A DNA stretch of 57,663 nucleotides, filler included, from Sphacelaria rigidula (GCA_964200075.2; 7 parts of 7 records of this genome joined end to end with filler, not necessarily neighbours in it), one strand, 5' to 3'. Counted from the first letter of the whole stretch, positions 11,580 through 24,757 are shown. The notes: a model not told the origin generated them from the sequence alone. Made by a program: numbers and translations.

Positions 11580-12885
11580 GTGAGTGTGTTGCTTGTATGC
11601 GATCATATATGATGCAAAGAAAACTTCAGCCTGAAGGAAACATCGACGCTCTTCTTGCTTTTTGGTGTCTTTTGCGCGTCCATCGTGTATGCGTGTAAGA
11701 TTGAAGTCTCCGTTTTTCAAAATCAAGGCGTCAGAACCACCATCAGGGCTCCGCGTATGACCAATTACGTGCATATTTAGTAGGGTTGGGTACTGAACCA
11801 GTACGTACTGCCAGTGCATATGCACTGTTTGACAGCCCCGCCAGTACACCAGTACATACACATCTGCGTAGATTCCTCAATGCTATGCTGGTTCGTTTCC
11901 CCCCCCCCTTTTTTTTTTTTTTTTCTTGGCTTCTTGGTTAAATTTCAGGGCTGCCGTGTCGTTGTTTCCTTTGTTTTTTTGCGAGAGGTTGTCCAGTCCA
12001 GTAAACAAGAGTGCCGCTCACCACCTTGTGACCTTGTGCCTTGTGCTTTCAACTGCTGGTTTGGTAGGGCTTTCTCCTTGGTTGCTTGCATTTTTTCAAT
12101 ACTCCCCAACGTAAGGGGTTTGGTGGAACGTATAGTTTCATGCACATTCATATGCGCAGACTACGCCTCCCACGATCCTTGAGATTCTGGAGTTTGTGAG
12201 TGTTGCAAAGTTTCAAATTTGTGCCACATTCCCTCATGCAGAAAAGTAGAAAACCAATAAATTTGGGCGTTGTCCTCGCAATTTCTATCGTGTCCCCGCG
12301 ATAGTGCCCCTGTCACATGGGCCATAATCACTCATTTTTTATGCTGTAGTGATCCCAAATCGCGTGAAAAAACGCCTCCAGCGGGGCCCTCCGGGGCGCC
12401 TCCGGCGGGGTCCCCTCACCAGCCGGGGGAGGCCGATGGTGCCATCAGTGTACTGATCGGATCCTGCGCCAGTACCCAGCCCTAATATTTAGGCACTGAT
12501 AGCTTGGGTCGACGTAGAATCTCGCGCTCGTCTAAGGTTAGCGGTGATGGAGAATCATTGCACTACCTGATCAACCCCAAGTCATTATGTGTTTTGCACA
12601 ATGCAGCCACACATATACTGCGACATCGTGCAAAGGAAACTCTAGCCCGAAGAAAACAGAGACGCTCTTCTTGCGCCCTCGTGTCTCCTGCGTTCATCGC
12701 GTATGCGTGTAAAGAATCAAATTTACGTTTTTCAGAATTGAAAGTGTCAGAGCTACCATCAGGGCTCCTCGTATTGCCTATTACGCGCATACTTTCAGGC
12801 ACTGACAGCTTGGGTCGAAGGTCGGATCTCGTCCTCGTCGAAGGTGAACGGTGATGGGAAAACATTGCACTATCTCATCAAGCTT
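11580..12885. repeat. diverged ~310-bp tandem duplication, first copy split by the hAT element
   Basis: GACGCTCTTCTTGC..CCATCAGGGCTCC..GGCACTGAyAGCTTGGGTCG..CATTGCACTAyCT appears twice once 11781-12484 is removed. Confidence 0.8.
11781..12484. mobile_element. non-autonomous hAT-like DNA transposon (704 bp)
   Basis: TIRs TAGGGTTGGGTACTG / CAGTACCCAGCCCTA; perfect 8-bp TSD ATATTTAG (11773-11780, 12485-12492); an 8-bp TSD is typical of hAT. Confidence 0.85.
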
Positions 12886-15329
12886 TCGAGAATGAAAAAC
12901 GTCGCAGGGTGACGTGGAGCTGAAGGGGTTTGTGAAGCGTACTGTTTTGAGAGTAGGTCGAATTGTCCCGCTTGCGGGGGAGCGTTCACACGTAATCTTA
13001 GACATATACGGTTTGTAAGGGGAGTGTGCTGTTCAAGTAGGCTGCTGCCAACTGGAGTTTACATTTGTCGTCCATCTCCCGAGATGCCGAACAACGAAGT
13101 GCTGACTGTGTTTGTCATAAACACAACGACTATCATGCCTGTGGTTCGCTATCAATCGTCTTGCCAAAGCATGTGCTGCTCGGACGTTTTTTTTTCCCTT
13201 TCGACCACTTTGGGCTGTTTCCACTACTTGACACAAGAAAAGCGTCCCCGGCGCGAAAATGACGAACGCCAGCAAGAAGCAACCCAACAAACGAGTCCCC
13301 TGTAATCGTTTAGCTAACCTGGAGTGCGCCGCGCGCTCTGATCGGCCATCCAGGCACCTTTCCCTTTCGAAGTATGTATGCCTGGACATCGAATACGGTT
13401 TGGTGGCGGTGCTCGTCGGTGGCGCTTTGGTACACAAACCAAGACGCAATAATTCACCCTCTATTATGCTGAAAATTGGTGGACGTATAGCCGGATTCAA
13501 GGCGACAAAAATTGCAAGCTACTTCAGCTCCTAGCTCGTCGTGATCCCGAAGCTACGGCCGGGATACATGTTGGGGAAGATGTCCAGAACACTGTACGGG
13601 TGTAAAGGATTTCAACACCCCAGGGAACGTACGTATCTTGGACGTTTCGCTTGAGGTTCGAGAGTTAATCATATTTTACGACCTTCAAGTTTGAGCAGAT
13701 GTCCAAGTTCATGATTTTCAGGTCACCCTTAACGTAGTTTTTTCAGTAGCCGTCGGAAATGAGGGCGGAATGTTTGCTCGGCAATTTAGTCAACGAATGG
13801 AAAAACCCTGACGACAATGATGACCTTTCAGCAGCTACCGCGCATATAATCGTACATTTATACGAGCTGGGCCAGACGGGTGTAGAAACGGATTCTCAGA
13901 TTGAAGGTAGTTTAGCAGCTCAGTGACGGGAGTTGTGCTTTCGATCGCAAGCGCATAGTAAAATACAGCAAGATAGTGAAACATGGAGTCTTCTTCACAT
14001 GTCGAGGAAAACAAATATTCTGTTTTCACACGAACGTCCGAAACTCATGTAGGAGAAAGAAATATTAATGTACCGAACGGCTCTTCCGTTGGTTTTGCCT
14101 TCTCGATACTTCATATCGTATTTCAAAGCAGAAGTCTAATGTATCATAACTGAGACGAGTAGTCCAGATTCAGTGCATTCACAATAATAGTACCTCTCCT
14201 CATGATGTATTGGGTTCAGCATGGGATCTCACGCGCGCCACATATCTCGATCGATAACGAATTGGATGAAGGTGAGCTTATCGATCGTTTCCCCGTGCTC
14301 CACCGAATGCTCACAACAAAAATCAGCGCCAACCGCTGTATATATCTTCCGGGGTTTCGTAGAGACTTGAGTTTTGGATATATCTACATTCGTCACGGGA
14401 TTTGCTCGACATGACGTTCAATCAACGAGAAGGCATTCGGCGGGGCTGTCGAGTAGATGAACATCTAACCCGTGATTGGATGATCCACAACATATTCGGA
14501 TCACGGCCCAACTCGTCTGGGTCGATGAGATATGGCTGTGACAGCCTAAGCTCGCTCTCAGGCTGGCCCCGCTCGTATACGATTCAAGTTGTCATCAGCA
14601 CACTGAGAACAAACCATTTACTCGAGGAAAGCTGGCGATGAGGACATCAAAATCCTCCTGACTGCACCTCTACATACATGCATCTCCCCAGACTTGAGGG
14701 ACTGGGGTCTCTTTGGCGTAAGCTGTCGCTCCATGTCTTCGTTTTTCACGTTCTCATGATACTTCTGCCATAGAACAACTACCGGCCAAAACAGAGCAGG
14801 CTGAAAAACTTGCCAGAAACTGCCGTTGCTACAGGGTTGAAACTATTGATTTACATGTCAATTTTCCAGGTTTTGAATCTCAAACCTCGAGCGAGGGACC
14901 CAGGGTCACACTTATTTGTCTCCAGTAGTGGTAATATGGGACTAACCTGTGTCCGTGCCGATCATCAACTACAGTACCGCCATACTAGTGGGTGAGTTGC
15001 CTACCCGTTGGAATATTGTGACACACTCCATTTCCGCTCCATACACGCCGATGGGACATATCGCGGCTTGTTCTTCATGCTCGGCTGCTTCGGCGCTACG
15101 AAATCTGCAACGACCTACTCCGCACCATGAGGGTCATAAGAACTGTCGAAGCGCTGCACTATTGGACAAACACCGTTCACCTCCCGTGACAAACCTGACT
15201 ATCGGGCTATCAGGCGCGGCCGGAAATGCTCCTTCTTTTGCAGAAAACACGGCTTTGCTGAGACCGGGGACGGGGGAAGTTGATCTAGTGAAGAATCAAC
15301 CGAATCCACGGGTGGGGACAGAGACAGAG

Positions 15330-16200
15330 ACGATAGCCGAGAGAGTGAGGGCGAGGGCGGAACCGCTGCGGTCGGTGTGCCGCCGCTTCCTCGGCCGAGG
15401 CGCACGTTAATGACGAGACCGTCCCACCGCCCGGCGCTCCCGAGAGCTCGGCGGTATCGAACGCCGCCACCGCCGCCGCTCAGCGGGAGAAAGGCGAGGC
15501 AAAGGCAAACGTGTACCAACGCAGAGCGCGAGTGAAGGGAAACCAGAGAATAGTCCCGGAGTTCAAAAGTGTGACGGATGTTCTTCGTCGACCGATTCCC
15601 GATGTTGCCGCTGCTTCCTCAACGGAGCGCACGGTAAATACGAGGCCTTCCCACAGTCCGACGCTCGGTGGAGCTCGGCCGTATCAAACGCCTTCACCGC
15701 CGCCGGTCAGCATGCGTTTCAGGCCGAGTCAAGGCCGACTTAAGGCGCACAACAGGGATAACGAAAGAGTTATCGCAGAGCTGAAGAGTGTGAACGATGT
15801 TTTTGCCAACCGATTCCCGCCATCACCGCAGATGCTGCCGCCGCTCCCTCGCCCGGACCGTACGTCGACCACCAGGCCGTCTCACAGACCAGCGGTCCCG
15901 AGAGCTCGGCGGTATCGAAAACCGTCGCCACCACCGCTCTGGGGAAGAAACGCGAGGCGAAGGCAGCCATAGAGGCGCGGATCAAGGAGAACGACAGAAT
16001 CGCAGAGTTGAAGAGGGTGCAGGACTCTCTTTGCCAGCCGTTGTCCCCCTTTATCACCGCCGCTTCCTCGGCCGAAGAGCGCGTTGAAAAGGAGGCGGTC
16101 GCACCGGCGTGCGCTCCGGGGAGCCCGGCGGTATCCAACACCGTCCTCGCCGCCGATCAGCATGCGTTCCACGCAGGGGGAGCACAGAGCAGTGAGCTGA
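15330..16200 (+). pseudogene. decayed ORF of four ~225-bp (about 75-aa) tandem repeats, unknown protein
   Basis: GAGCyCGGCsGTATC at about 15445, 15671, 15902 and 16121; recurring peptides RIxAELKSVxDV, AAASSAE, PxSxAVSN with frameshifts between units. Confidence 0.55.
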
Positions 16201-16405
16201 CGGGCGAGCTGCAGAGTGTGGAAGTTCGCGCTGCTACGGTCAACCCCGCTCCTGACGAGAAGCCTGACCCCGCCGCCTCCGTCAGCCCGCGCATCATTCG
16301 CTCGCGTGGGAAGAGGGGGAGGGCGCCCTCACTTGCAGCTTGACTCACGTGGACAGAGGGTGGGGAGGGCACTGTCCAAAAGAGGGAATGCGGCGAGACC
16401 ATGGT

Positions 16406-16505
16406 NNNNNNNNNNNNNNNNNNNNNNNNNNNNNNNNNNNNNNNNNNNNTTAATTAATTAANNNNNNNNNNNNNNNNNNNNNNNNNNNNNNNNNNNNNNN
16501 NNNNN
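16406..16505. other. artificial contig-joining linker
   Basis: same 100-bp N/TTAATTAATTAA/N spacer. Confidence 0.98.
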
Positions 16506-16829
16506 TTCAACGACGATCTCACTCGAAATTTCGAGCAACAAATGGCCCAAAATATCCCCCCCTCTATCGTAGGATGACTCGAAAGAAGCTTATTTTGCCA
16601 TTTCTGCTTGAGGCACGGATGTAGCGCACATTGATATGCACGGAGAATTACTACTAGGGAGAGCAATGTTAGCTGCGTGTAGTCCCGAATGGGTAATTTC
16701 ACGAAAACATTGTTTTGGGATGCAAAACACACGCAGGTGTACGTTTTCTAGATGCAAGCCCTGCTACCAATGGTTCGATGTACCTCCCCACCCCCTCCCC
16801 CGTCCTCTCTCGGGTACGTATTGTCTCAG

Positions 16830-17111
16830 GCGTGTGCCTCGCTGTGCAGGGGATCGGCCTTTTTCGGTACCGAGTTCGGCGAAGAGTGCTATTGCGGGAG
16901 TTCGTCGGACGACCCCGAGTTGTTCGACAATGCCGATTGCAACATGGGCTGCTCTGGTGACGCGAGCGAGACGTGCGGTGGCCGGAATGCCGTGAGCGTG
17001 TATCAGTTCACTGAAGATCCCTCGGCGTATGCTGGGTGCTTTGTGGATAGCAGCAGAGATCGTGTGTTAACCGGAAGTTCTCGCACGGATGAGTCCGGCA
17101 TGACCACGGCG
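16830..17111 (+). CDS. WSC-domain (carbohydrate-binding) protein, internal exon
   Basis: TCTCAG acceptor, 94 codons ACASLC..FFGTEFGEECYCG..CNMGCSGDASETCGGRNAVSVY then YAGCFVD..RVL..MTTA (end of one WSC domain, start of the next); GTGAGA donor. Confidence 0.93.
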
Positions 17112-17274
17112 GTGAGAAAAATTGTGCACAGGAATGAAATGTCAATGACGTACGTGATCCGTATGGTGAGGTATAGCACTGGTATCAAGCAGACAGTCCG
17201 GTTAATCAGTACGTGGCTTCTATTTGACAAGCTGTACAATACCTATGTGTCCATTATCCATTGTACCACTGGTA

Positions 17275-17701
17275 AACACGGGATTTTACTAATTGGGGGT
17301 GGATCTTTCATTGGGGATGAAAACTCGGAGAGTTAGAATCTTCGTATCCACACCAAATCTTCGAAGTATGCTCCCATTCCTTCACTTGTTGGTAGCTATT
17401 GACAACTACTATACACCATAAAAATATGGACGATACCTGAAACGTCGGGGTCCAAGGTAAAAAAACCAAATTTGGGGGATTTTAGGTATCCGATCGGACA
17501 CCAGGTGTTTTTTCACCTAGGACCCCGACATTTCGGGTATCGAGATCTAAATTTGTATGGTGCGTTGTAGCTATCAGTGGCTACCAACAAGTGAAGGAAT
17601 GGAAGCATACTTCAAAGATTAGGTGTGAATACGGAGATATTAGTTCTGCGGGTTGTCATCCCAAATAAAAGATCCATCCCCAGTTCGTGAAATTCCGTGT
17701 T
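17275..17701. mobile_element. AACACGG-terminated foldback MITE, copy 1 (in the WSC intron)
   Basis: ~190-bp TIRs; 4-bp TSD GGTA (17271-17274, 17702-17705). Confidence 0.9.
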
Positions 17702-19682
17702 GGTAGCATAATTTCCCTGTGAGTCAGACAAGAAATTTGTTCTCACATATTGTTAGTCCTCGTTCAATGCTCTGTCAACGCTCTTCACTCGGTTTTACCG
17801 AAGAGATATAATGGTTCCGGCGGTGATGTGTACCTGGGTGGGGCCGCCCCTACATCTTTAATGACTGCATATCCATATTCGTCTACTGACCGGACCTGCA
17901 ATCCCAGTTGACTGCCACCCCTCTGATCAGGCGAGAGATAAAACACTTCGAACGAGCGCCAATGTACGGTCCTAAAGAGACAATATGGAAGACACCTTTT
18001 CACCTCATGACACTAGCCCACGTAGGCGAGCTTCTACTACAGTTGCGATGAGTATTCTCAAGATGCAACGAGAAAGAAACACTTTTTCGCATGTAAAGTC
18101 ATGAGCATCTCGGAACACCACACCACAGATTGGTAGAACGAAGACCGATCGTCCCAAGCCCTAATCGGGACAGCAAAAACTGCTCTAAGAAGCACCAAAG
18201 CGCTCATAAACGGAGACGCGCATAGCGAACCTCGGAGGAATACGCAAAAACTGCTAAAACACTCGCAAAATGGGACACTTTCTACGATAGCCCACCCTCC
18301 AAAAAACTCAGCCCAAAAGCGTCACAAAGCAATTCGTCATACAGCGCCTGATGTTTAGTTTCAAGCCGCATCAAGCGCCTCATATGAGCGACATTGGCGA
18401 AAACGAACCCGAGCGCGGGAGTTTCCAGCTACTCGTTGTGGTCGGCTTTTTTTCATTTCGGTTTACGTGTAGATATTGCCTCCCCAAACCAGCCGCGTTT
18501 TGGGGCAGGGGCTATCGTAGCAAGTGTCGCAGTCGAAAATAGGAAAGCACGACAGAGATCAAAGCTTGCACCTGCGGGAACCCAAACAAAAGATGACAAA
18601 GCCAATCTTTGGCTCATACAAACAACGCATTCCGGGCCAAAATGGGTGAAACGTTGGGAACCAGCGAAAGTAGAATTTAACAAGAGACCACAACTAGCCA
18701 CAAAAGCCAAAAGGTTGAGACGTTACGCGCATGATGTCGGAAAAGGATGAGGAGTCAAGCACCGGCGATCGTTTCTAGTAGTGGTGGATGAAGGGACTCC
18801 AGATAGGTTCCGCTCGAGGTCCGCTGCGAGTAGTCATGTCATGAATGTACTCGAAGATGTGCCTGAGCGATAAAGTAGGACGAGAATTTCCACACTCTGG
18901 ACGATACAATATTTTTTCCAATAAAATTTGTCGATCATATCAGAATATTGCGATACATTGTCGGTGTAGTATATATATATATATATATTGGTATCGTGGG
19001 CTGCACACGTATCGCCCACCCAATTTGTATTTGTTCCGTGGAATTACACACATTTTGTCCTATCGATATATCTTGCGCGACCAATATATAGTAGAGTCGC
19101 ATTGGTGAGAACATATTGACCAGTTATTATATATTTATTGTTGTCGAATGGGTGCCAACATTTTGCCCGGTCAGTACATACCGGGAAAGCGTGTGTATGA
19201 CAATGTATATCACCTACTACCCAGGATGGTGGTAGTTCGACAAGGTCAGACGATAGGTGCAATCGTGAGATCTTGCAGAGGTCTACGGACGATGACAGTG
19301 CTGTCTTGCCTCGCAACCGTATACTACTGTGCTGTTCTGTAGTGTGCTGTACTTTACTGTACTGTAGTGTGCTGTACTTTGCTGTACGGTAGTATGCTTT
19401 GCTTGTACTGTACTGTACTGCACTGCACTATCTCTGACTGCAGTGGGTCCTGCCGCAGTGTTTCCGAAGATTCGCGCGGGCATGCAGGGACGACTCTTGC
19501 AATAATGGCGTGGTCCGAAGCTGTCTTTGTACTGTTTCAGATCTTCAGGTCAGGTGTACCGCAAAACGAAATATGAAACCGCAGAAAGCAGAGGTTGTAA
19601 ATCGCTGAACTCGGGAAAATAAACAGCAAGAAGAATCGCTTCCGGCACGCAGATGCGCGTCGTGCTATGCTGCATCGTATAC

Positions 19683-19990
19683 GGAACATGTGCATATGGT
19701 TCATACCTTACAGATGAAAACTGGAAAACATGTGAACTTGATCAATCTCGAATGGATGGAGGGTGAGAAGCATGTACGTTTGATTAATCTCGTTTGAATA
19801 AAAGACGGAGCATATGTACGTAAGCTTTATGCTGCATGAGTTGAAATCGGGAAACATGTACGCTTGCTTTAACTCGTATGGATGGAAGATAGGAAACATA
19901 TACATATGATCATCCTGCATAGATGGCAGGGGAGAAACTTGTACTTGTGATTCATGATATATGAGCGGAAGGCAGGGAACCCGTAACAGT
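19683..19990. repeat. degenerate 42-bp tandem repeat, 8 units
   Basis: AAACATGTA-like anchor at 19687, 19729, 19771, 19813, 19855, 19897, 19938 and 19980. Confidence 0.8.
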
Positions 19991-21462
19991 GGATCCTAAT
20001 GTTTTGGGTTGATCTCTGAAATGGGGTTCAAGTGGCATATCTTTTTTGCACGGATGACGCGAAATAGTTACACAGAGCAAAACCTCCAAATGTCTGCAGC
20101 ATTCAGGCAGTTATGGCTAGGTGCACCGAACGAGTGTGGTCTACACGCATGTCGATAACGATATCACCAGAGAGAGAAGCAACGGCAGCGAGGAAACTCC
20201 TCGCCCGTGTCCTTTGTGTGTCCTCGCTCGGCGATTACCAACCGCTCGAGAGACTGGTATCATGCATGTCACAAGCATGTACCCAATTTTTCATGTGCCG
20301 GTAGGCATTTTATATTGCTGCTCAGCCAGACACAGCCCCCCAAAGAACATCTAGGTGCGGAGGGATGTCGTCTCATATTGTCTGTGGAGCTCACCAATGC
20401 GAAGATCGATTACTCTCCGCCTGTCGTTTTGGACAGGACGCGCCTCTGTGCGCTGCAGAACATGTCGTTCAAACAAAGGGCAATGTTCCCATCACCGGTA
20501 CTGTTTTCTATCACACACATGCCAACAAGGATGGTGCTGCGGCAATAACATATCCAATGGAACTTGGGGGGTATTACTCATCGTTTATTTCACGCAACAT
20601 GTCACCATGGTGCCCGACGACAAGAGCGTGCCACACGTCAGTTCGGGGGGTGTTTGAGAGATCAAGCACAGATCAAACAACTTGTGGAGACCTTCTTGAC
20701 ATGCGGAGTGAAAGAAGATACCTATGGTGGTGACCTAACCATTGTTAGCGTGACGAAGGGGGGTGCCTCCATGCTGCAATCTGGAGCACACTCTGGCTGC
20801 GTGAACCCCGCGGTAAAGCAGCTTTCCAGAATCATTACAAGCTAGGGCGAATTATGGCCCCACGAGGAACAAGAGTGCTCTATGATCAACCACGTATCGT
20901 TGCATTTTACACCCACGCCATCAACCGCCAACCACAAAGGTGTTGTGGCTTTCAAGCAATGCTGGCGGCAGTACGGCAGGCAAACTCGATCATAGCTAGC
21001 TTTCGTTGCTCTACTGTACTGACTGTCATCTGCATAGGCACGTTAACAACATGCACGGAAATTTGCAACGACTGTAAAAACAAAACAATTCGGTTTTCTC
21101 ACCTAATTTCACACAATTTGAAGGAGTGTCAAGAGCTGGGGGAAAGTGGCCGCTTCGGGTCTGGCCAAACGCGCGAAGATATTGTCGAAAAGCAATACAA
21201 AACTTTGCTGGGATTGACGTACGGCATTCCGAGGAGGATTGAGGAGAAAGCGACAGGTTATCGTTCTTGTTGGAAATCAATGCGCATGAAACGGTTTGCA
21301 GGTGGGAAAACGCGGATGTTCATGGAGGAGAAACTCTCGGTGCCCCCGTCAGTGTTACATGCGCTTGCAAAAAGTCTGTCGTCGTTCTTTAATACCTGGC
21401 GAGGGGACGGGGAAGCCACCCTTCCTCAGCTCTTGACAGTCCTTCAAATTGTGTGGAATTAG
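19990..21462 (+). pseudogene. decayed hAT-like transposase; 5' part repeated at about 24469-24657
   Basis: collinear degenerate hAT-like motifs across frames: FSITHMPT (cf. FSITxDxWT), IVSVTKGGASML (cf. IVTDNASNM), THAINRQPQ..VRQANSIIASFRCS (cf. CxxHxLNL..R.IVxxFxxS); many stops and frameshifts. Confidence 0.45.
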
Positions 21463-21755
21463 TTGAAAAAATCGAACCTTTTAGTTCTCACAGCCTTATA
21501 TTGCCTTTTCCCCCGAAATACCACCACATTATCATCGGGGACACGATATTGATGTGCGCGTCCGTTCCGCTTTGAAACACATTCGGGAAAATATATTGTT
21601 GTTCGATCGTGCCGATCAGCATTCCCCACGTGCCCTTGGTGAGTGCAGTGTATATGTGTAAAGTGCACGATACCTATTCGAGTGCATCATTCCTTAGAAG
21701 ACCGCCCTAGCAGCAGTTGACACTCATTTACATCCCATTTAGTCATGAAATGCAG

Positions 21756-21812
21756 GCCTGCGCTACGTTCTGCATCGGTGCACCGTACTACGGAACGGAA
21801 TTCGGGAAGGAG
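21756..21812 (+). CDS. WSC-domain protein, next exon (after a 4644-bp intron)
   Basis: TGCAG acceptor, ACATFCIGAPYYGTEFGKE, GTGAGT donor; phase 0, continues the second WSC domain. Confidence 0.88.
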
Positions 21813-23810
21813 GTGAGTTCTGCGTCCGGCCAGCACTGTTATAGTCAGTGCCCTCTTCCAAACGACCCTAAGTTGTTAAGACCTCATACCTCGGTATTGT
21901 TCCAGGGTTGTGTACGTCCAAAACATCACGCACACGGGATGCAAACACGTCCCCCGCTGCAATTGAGTTCATATGCTGAGGTCAAGAAACACAACCTAAC
22001 CTTGAAAGCAGGGTTTTCTTATTTATGGGAATCAGTACAATGAATGGAACAGCAATGAGCGTCGCTATACACACAAACGCTGGAGAGTACTTCGGCGTAT
22101 CAACTCCGGCAAATGTGTGCGTGTTGAAGGGCGCGTACGAGAACTATAATATTGTGGTCCTTGGCTTCTCTTCTGATGTTTCTTGCACCAAGATTTTCTC
22201 TGCTCGTCCATAGCTATCGTGACAGCCGTATATGCTCGAATTGTACGACACAATATCAACAGAGCATGTAAACAGAGTGCAATATTACTGTTTAGGGGTT
22301 GGAAGATACCCGGAAGGAGAAAGGCTCCTGAGTACTGGCCGCAGCAATGAAAAGCTCGTTCAAATATCATCCGTTACACTATCACAATGCGCACTTAATG
22401 CCTTGACTATTTGATTACTGTTTAGCCGTTTTGCAAATATTTGGAATAGCTTGCGGAACATCCTTCGTCGCGCAATCTCCAAGGCAACAAAACCTATGGA
22501 ACAGTGTATGTATCAGGAAGCACTTTGCGATGAAAGTCAGCCCTGTTTTTTAAAAAACATGGAGTGTGAGGAAGGCGTATCGCTAGGGTAGACAGACTAC
22601 GGGAGAGGCTGCCGTCCTGATGCCGAGGGAACCCCGAGGCTGGCGATGATTTTCTCTCGTGATATGTAGGCAAGAAGCAGTTCAGACGAGAAGTGGTCGG
22701 CGGGGGGCGACCAGTTCCTCGAGGGATGTTGGCCCGTCGTAATATTAGGCTCTTCCTGGCATCATCCCAAGTTGTCTGGTATTGTTGGCATACCAGGGTT
22801 CTCGGTAATCCGGTCCTTTTGGGTCGTTCCTACCTTGTACCTGCCTGCGCTGGTTCTTCATACATGTGTGGCATCAGTCTCTGATATGCCATTGCGAGGA
22901 GGTGTCTTCCAGAGGAGAACCTATTTCAATCCTTGAGTCATCAGGGTGGCCCATGCGAATGATTACTTGAAAAATGAATGCAAGACCCAGATGACCCACC
23001 CTGGCGGTCCAAGGAGTAAATATTGGAGTTGACAAGAGGAGGCGGGTGTTGCTATACAACGAAGTGATCTAATGGTTGATGAAACTTGTATAGAGACACC
23101 GCAGAGGAGCACGCCGCTTTTACCAAGACAGCTAATGGTATCACACATTCTGCACCGCACGTCAAGTTAGTTGCGCTGTGTATTCAAATGTATCGTCATG
23201 CGTACAGACAGTACTAATGCTTCTATAGACCACAATTGTTATTGAGGGGACGTCGAACATTACTTGTTTGGCATAATTGGAGCGGATAGCAGGAGGGTGA
23301 CGCATCCAAGCGACGTGCCTTACTCTGATACATGCAGATATCTATAAACACAGCAGTAGTAGCCCACGCGGCGTGCGCAAAGACAAAGTGAAACATCATC
23401 GTGACCACCGCATTATACTGCGCTGCACGTCACTTTAGTTCCGCCGTGTTTTCCCATGCCGCCATGTGTGTAGTACTACTGCTGTCTGTAAAGCATCCGT
23501 TTCGAACTTTGAGAAGTATGGAGAAGCTGATACCTGCGGGGAAACGAACGTAGAGTAAGCGGCGTGTACTGAGACAGCAGTGAACATTCAAGCGGCTGCA
23601 CTACTACACTGCACTGCACTGTACTGTACTGCACTGTACTGCACTGTGAGCGAGTTATGCTGCACCTATCTACCCATACCGTCATGCGTGTCAAGCCGAA
23701 TTTGTTTCGAAATCAGCTTCTCTCCACGTGTTATTCCCCAGAAGGTCCATCCAGCGACCAAATGGGTTTTGTTGATTGACAGTTTTGGGCTGTTTTGTGT
23801 GTGGGGGGGG

Positions 23811-23867
23811 CGTACTCATTTGTTGCTTGCCTTAGTCGGCGTACTCATTTGTTGCTTGCCTTAGTCG
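23811..23867. repeat. 29-bp tandem duplication
   Basis: CGTACTCATTTGTTGCTTGCCTTAGTCG repeated at a 29-nt spacing. Confidence 0.9.
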
Positions 23868-24657
23868 TTCGACCATTGACCACGCATCCCCTTTCGAGAC
23901 GGGGTATTGTGTTGGAGAGGGGGGGGGGGCTATGGTAGAAAGACTCAAACCTTTGTTATATCATTATTGTCACTGGTCATGTGTCGTTACGTGTGATTGA
24001 AACAGATGTCGGAGGTCTATTCGATATCTCAAAATTGTTGGATTACCTTACGGGCTTTTAGAGACGCGTTGTAGATGTGAACGACCGTGCTGTCCCAGAA
24101 GTAGGCACGTTGGTACCATGTAGCGACGTGCCGTGGTGTATTGGTTGCCCAATATATTACTAACTGATATGTGTAGATCCCGCCGTGGTCACCAGAGGGG
24201 CGTACCCAAGGTGAACAAACCAAAACACTCGGTAAGGAGAACCCGCGATACGGGGCAAATACAATAATATTAATCCAACAAAACCAGCTGGCAGAACACA
24301 GGGGACAAAGTAACAGACACATATAGACACCAGACCGAAAGTAAGGAGGGAGAAAGACCAGTTCCGAAGAAGTTTGAACAACGTGAAGTGAATAACACAA
24401 ATTGGCCAGCCCATGTGACATGAACTCGGGTACAGAGATAGTACAAGAAACATACCCACATAAACAGCGGATCCCAAAAAATGGGATCCATCTCAAAAAT
24501 GAGGTTGAAGTGGCATTTCTTTTTTGCAAGGATTACGCGAAACACCTACGACCGAGCGAAGCCATCTTGCCCCCCAAATATCCGAAGTAGTTAGGCAGCT
24601 GTGGCTAGGTGCACCTAACGAATGCGATGTACACGCGTGTCGATGACGATATCACCA

Positions 24658-24757
24658 NNNNNNNNNNNNNNNNNNNNNNNNNNNNNNNNNNNNNNNNNNN
24701 NTTAATTAATTAANNNNNNNNNNNNNNNNNNNNNNNNNNNNNNNNNNNNNNNNNNNN
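24658..24757. other. artificial contig-joining linker
   Basis: same 100-bp spacer. Confidence 0.98.

Noticed and set aside
14318..14376. KSLRNPGRYIQRLALIF resembles the cellular RdRP motif 'KIxNxAKYAARLG'
   Set aside because: I found no downstream DGxG or DxDGD motif, and the similarity is too short to support the call.
19683..19990. CRISPR-like fixed periodicity
   Set aside because: The conserved part is only about 10 bp and the remainder is homologous between units.
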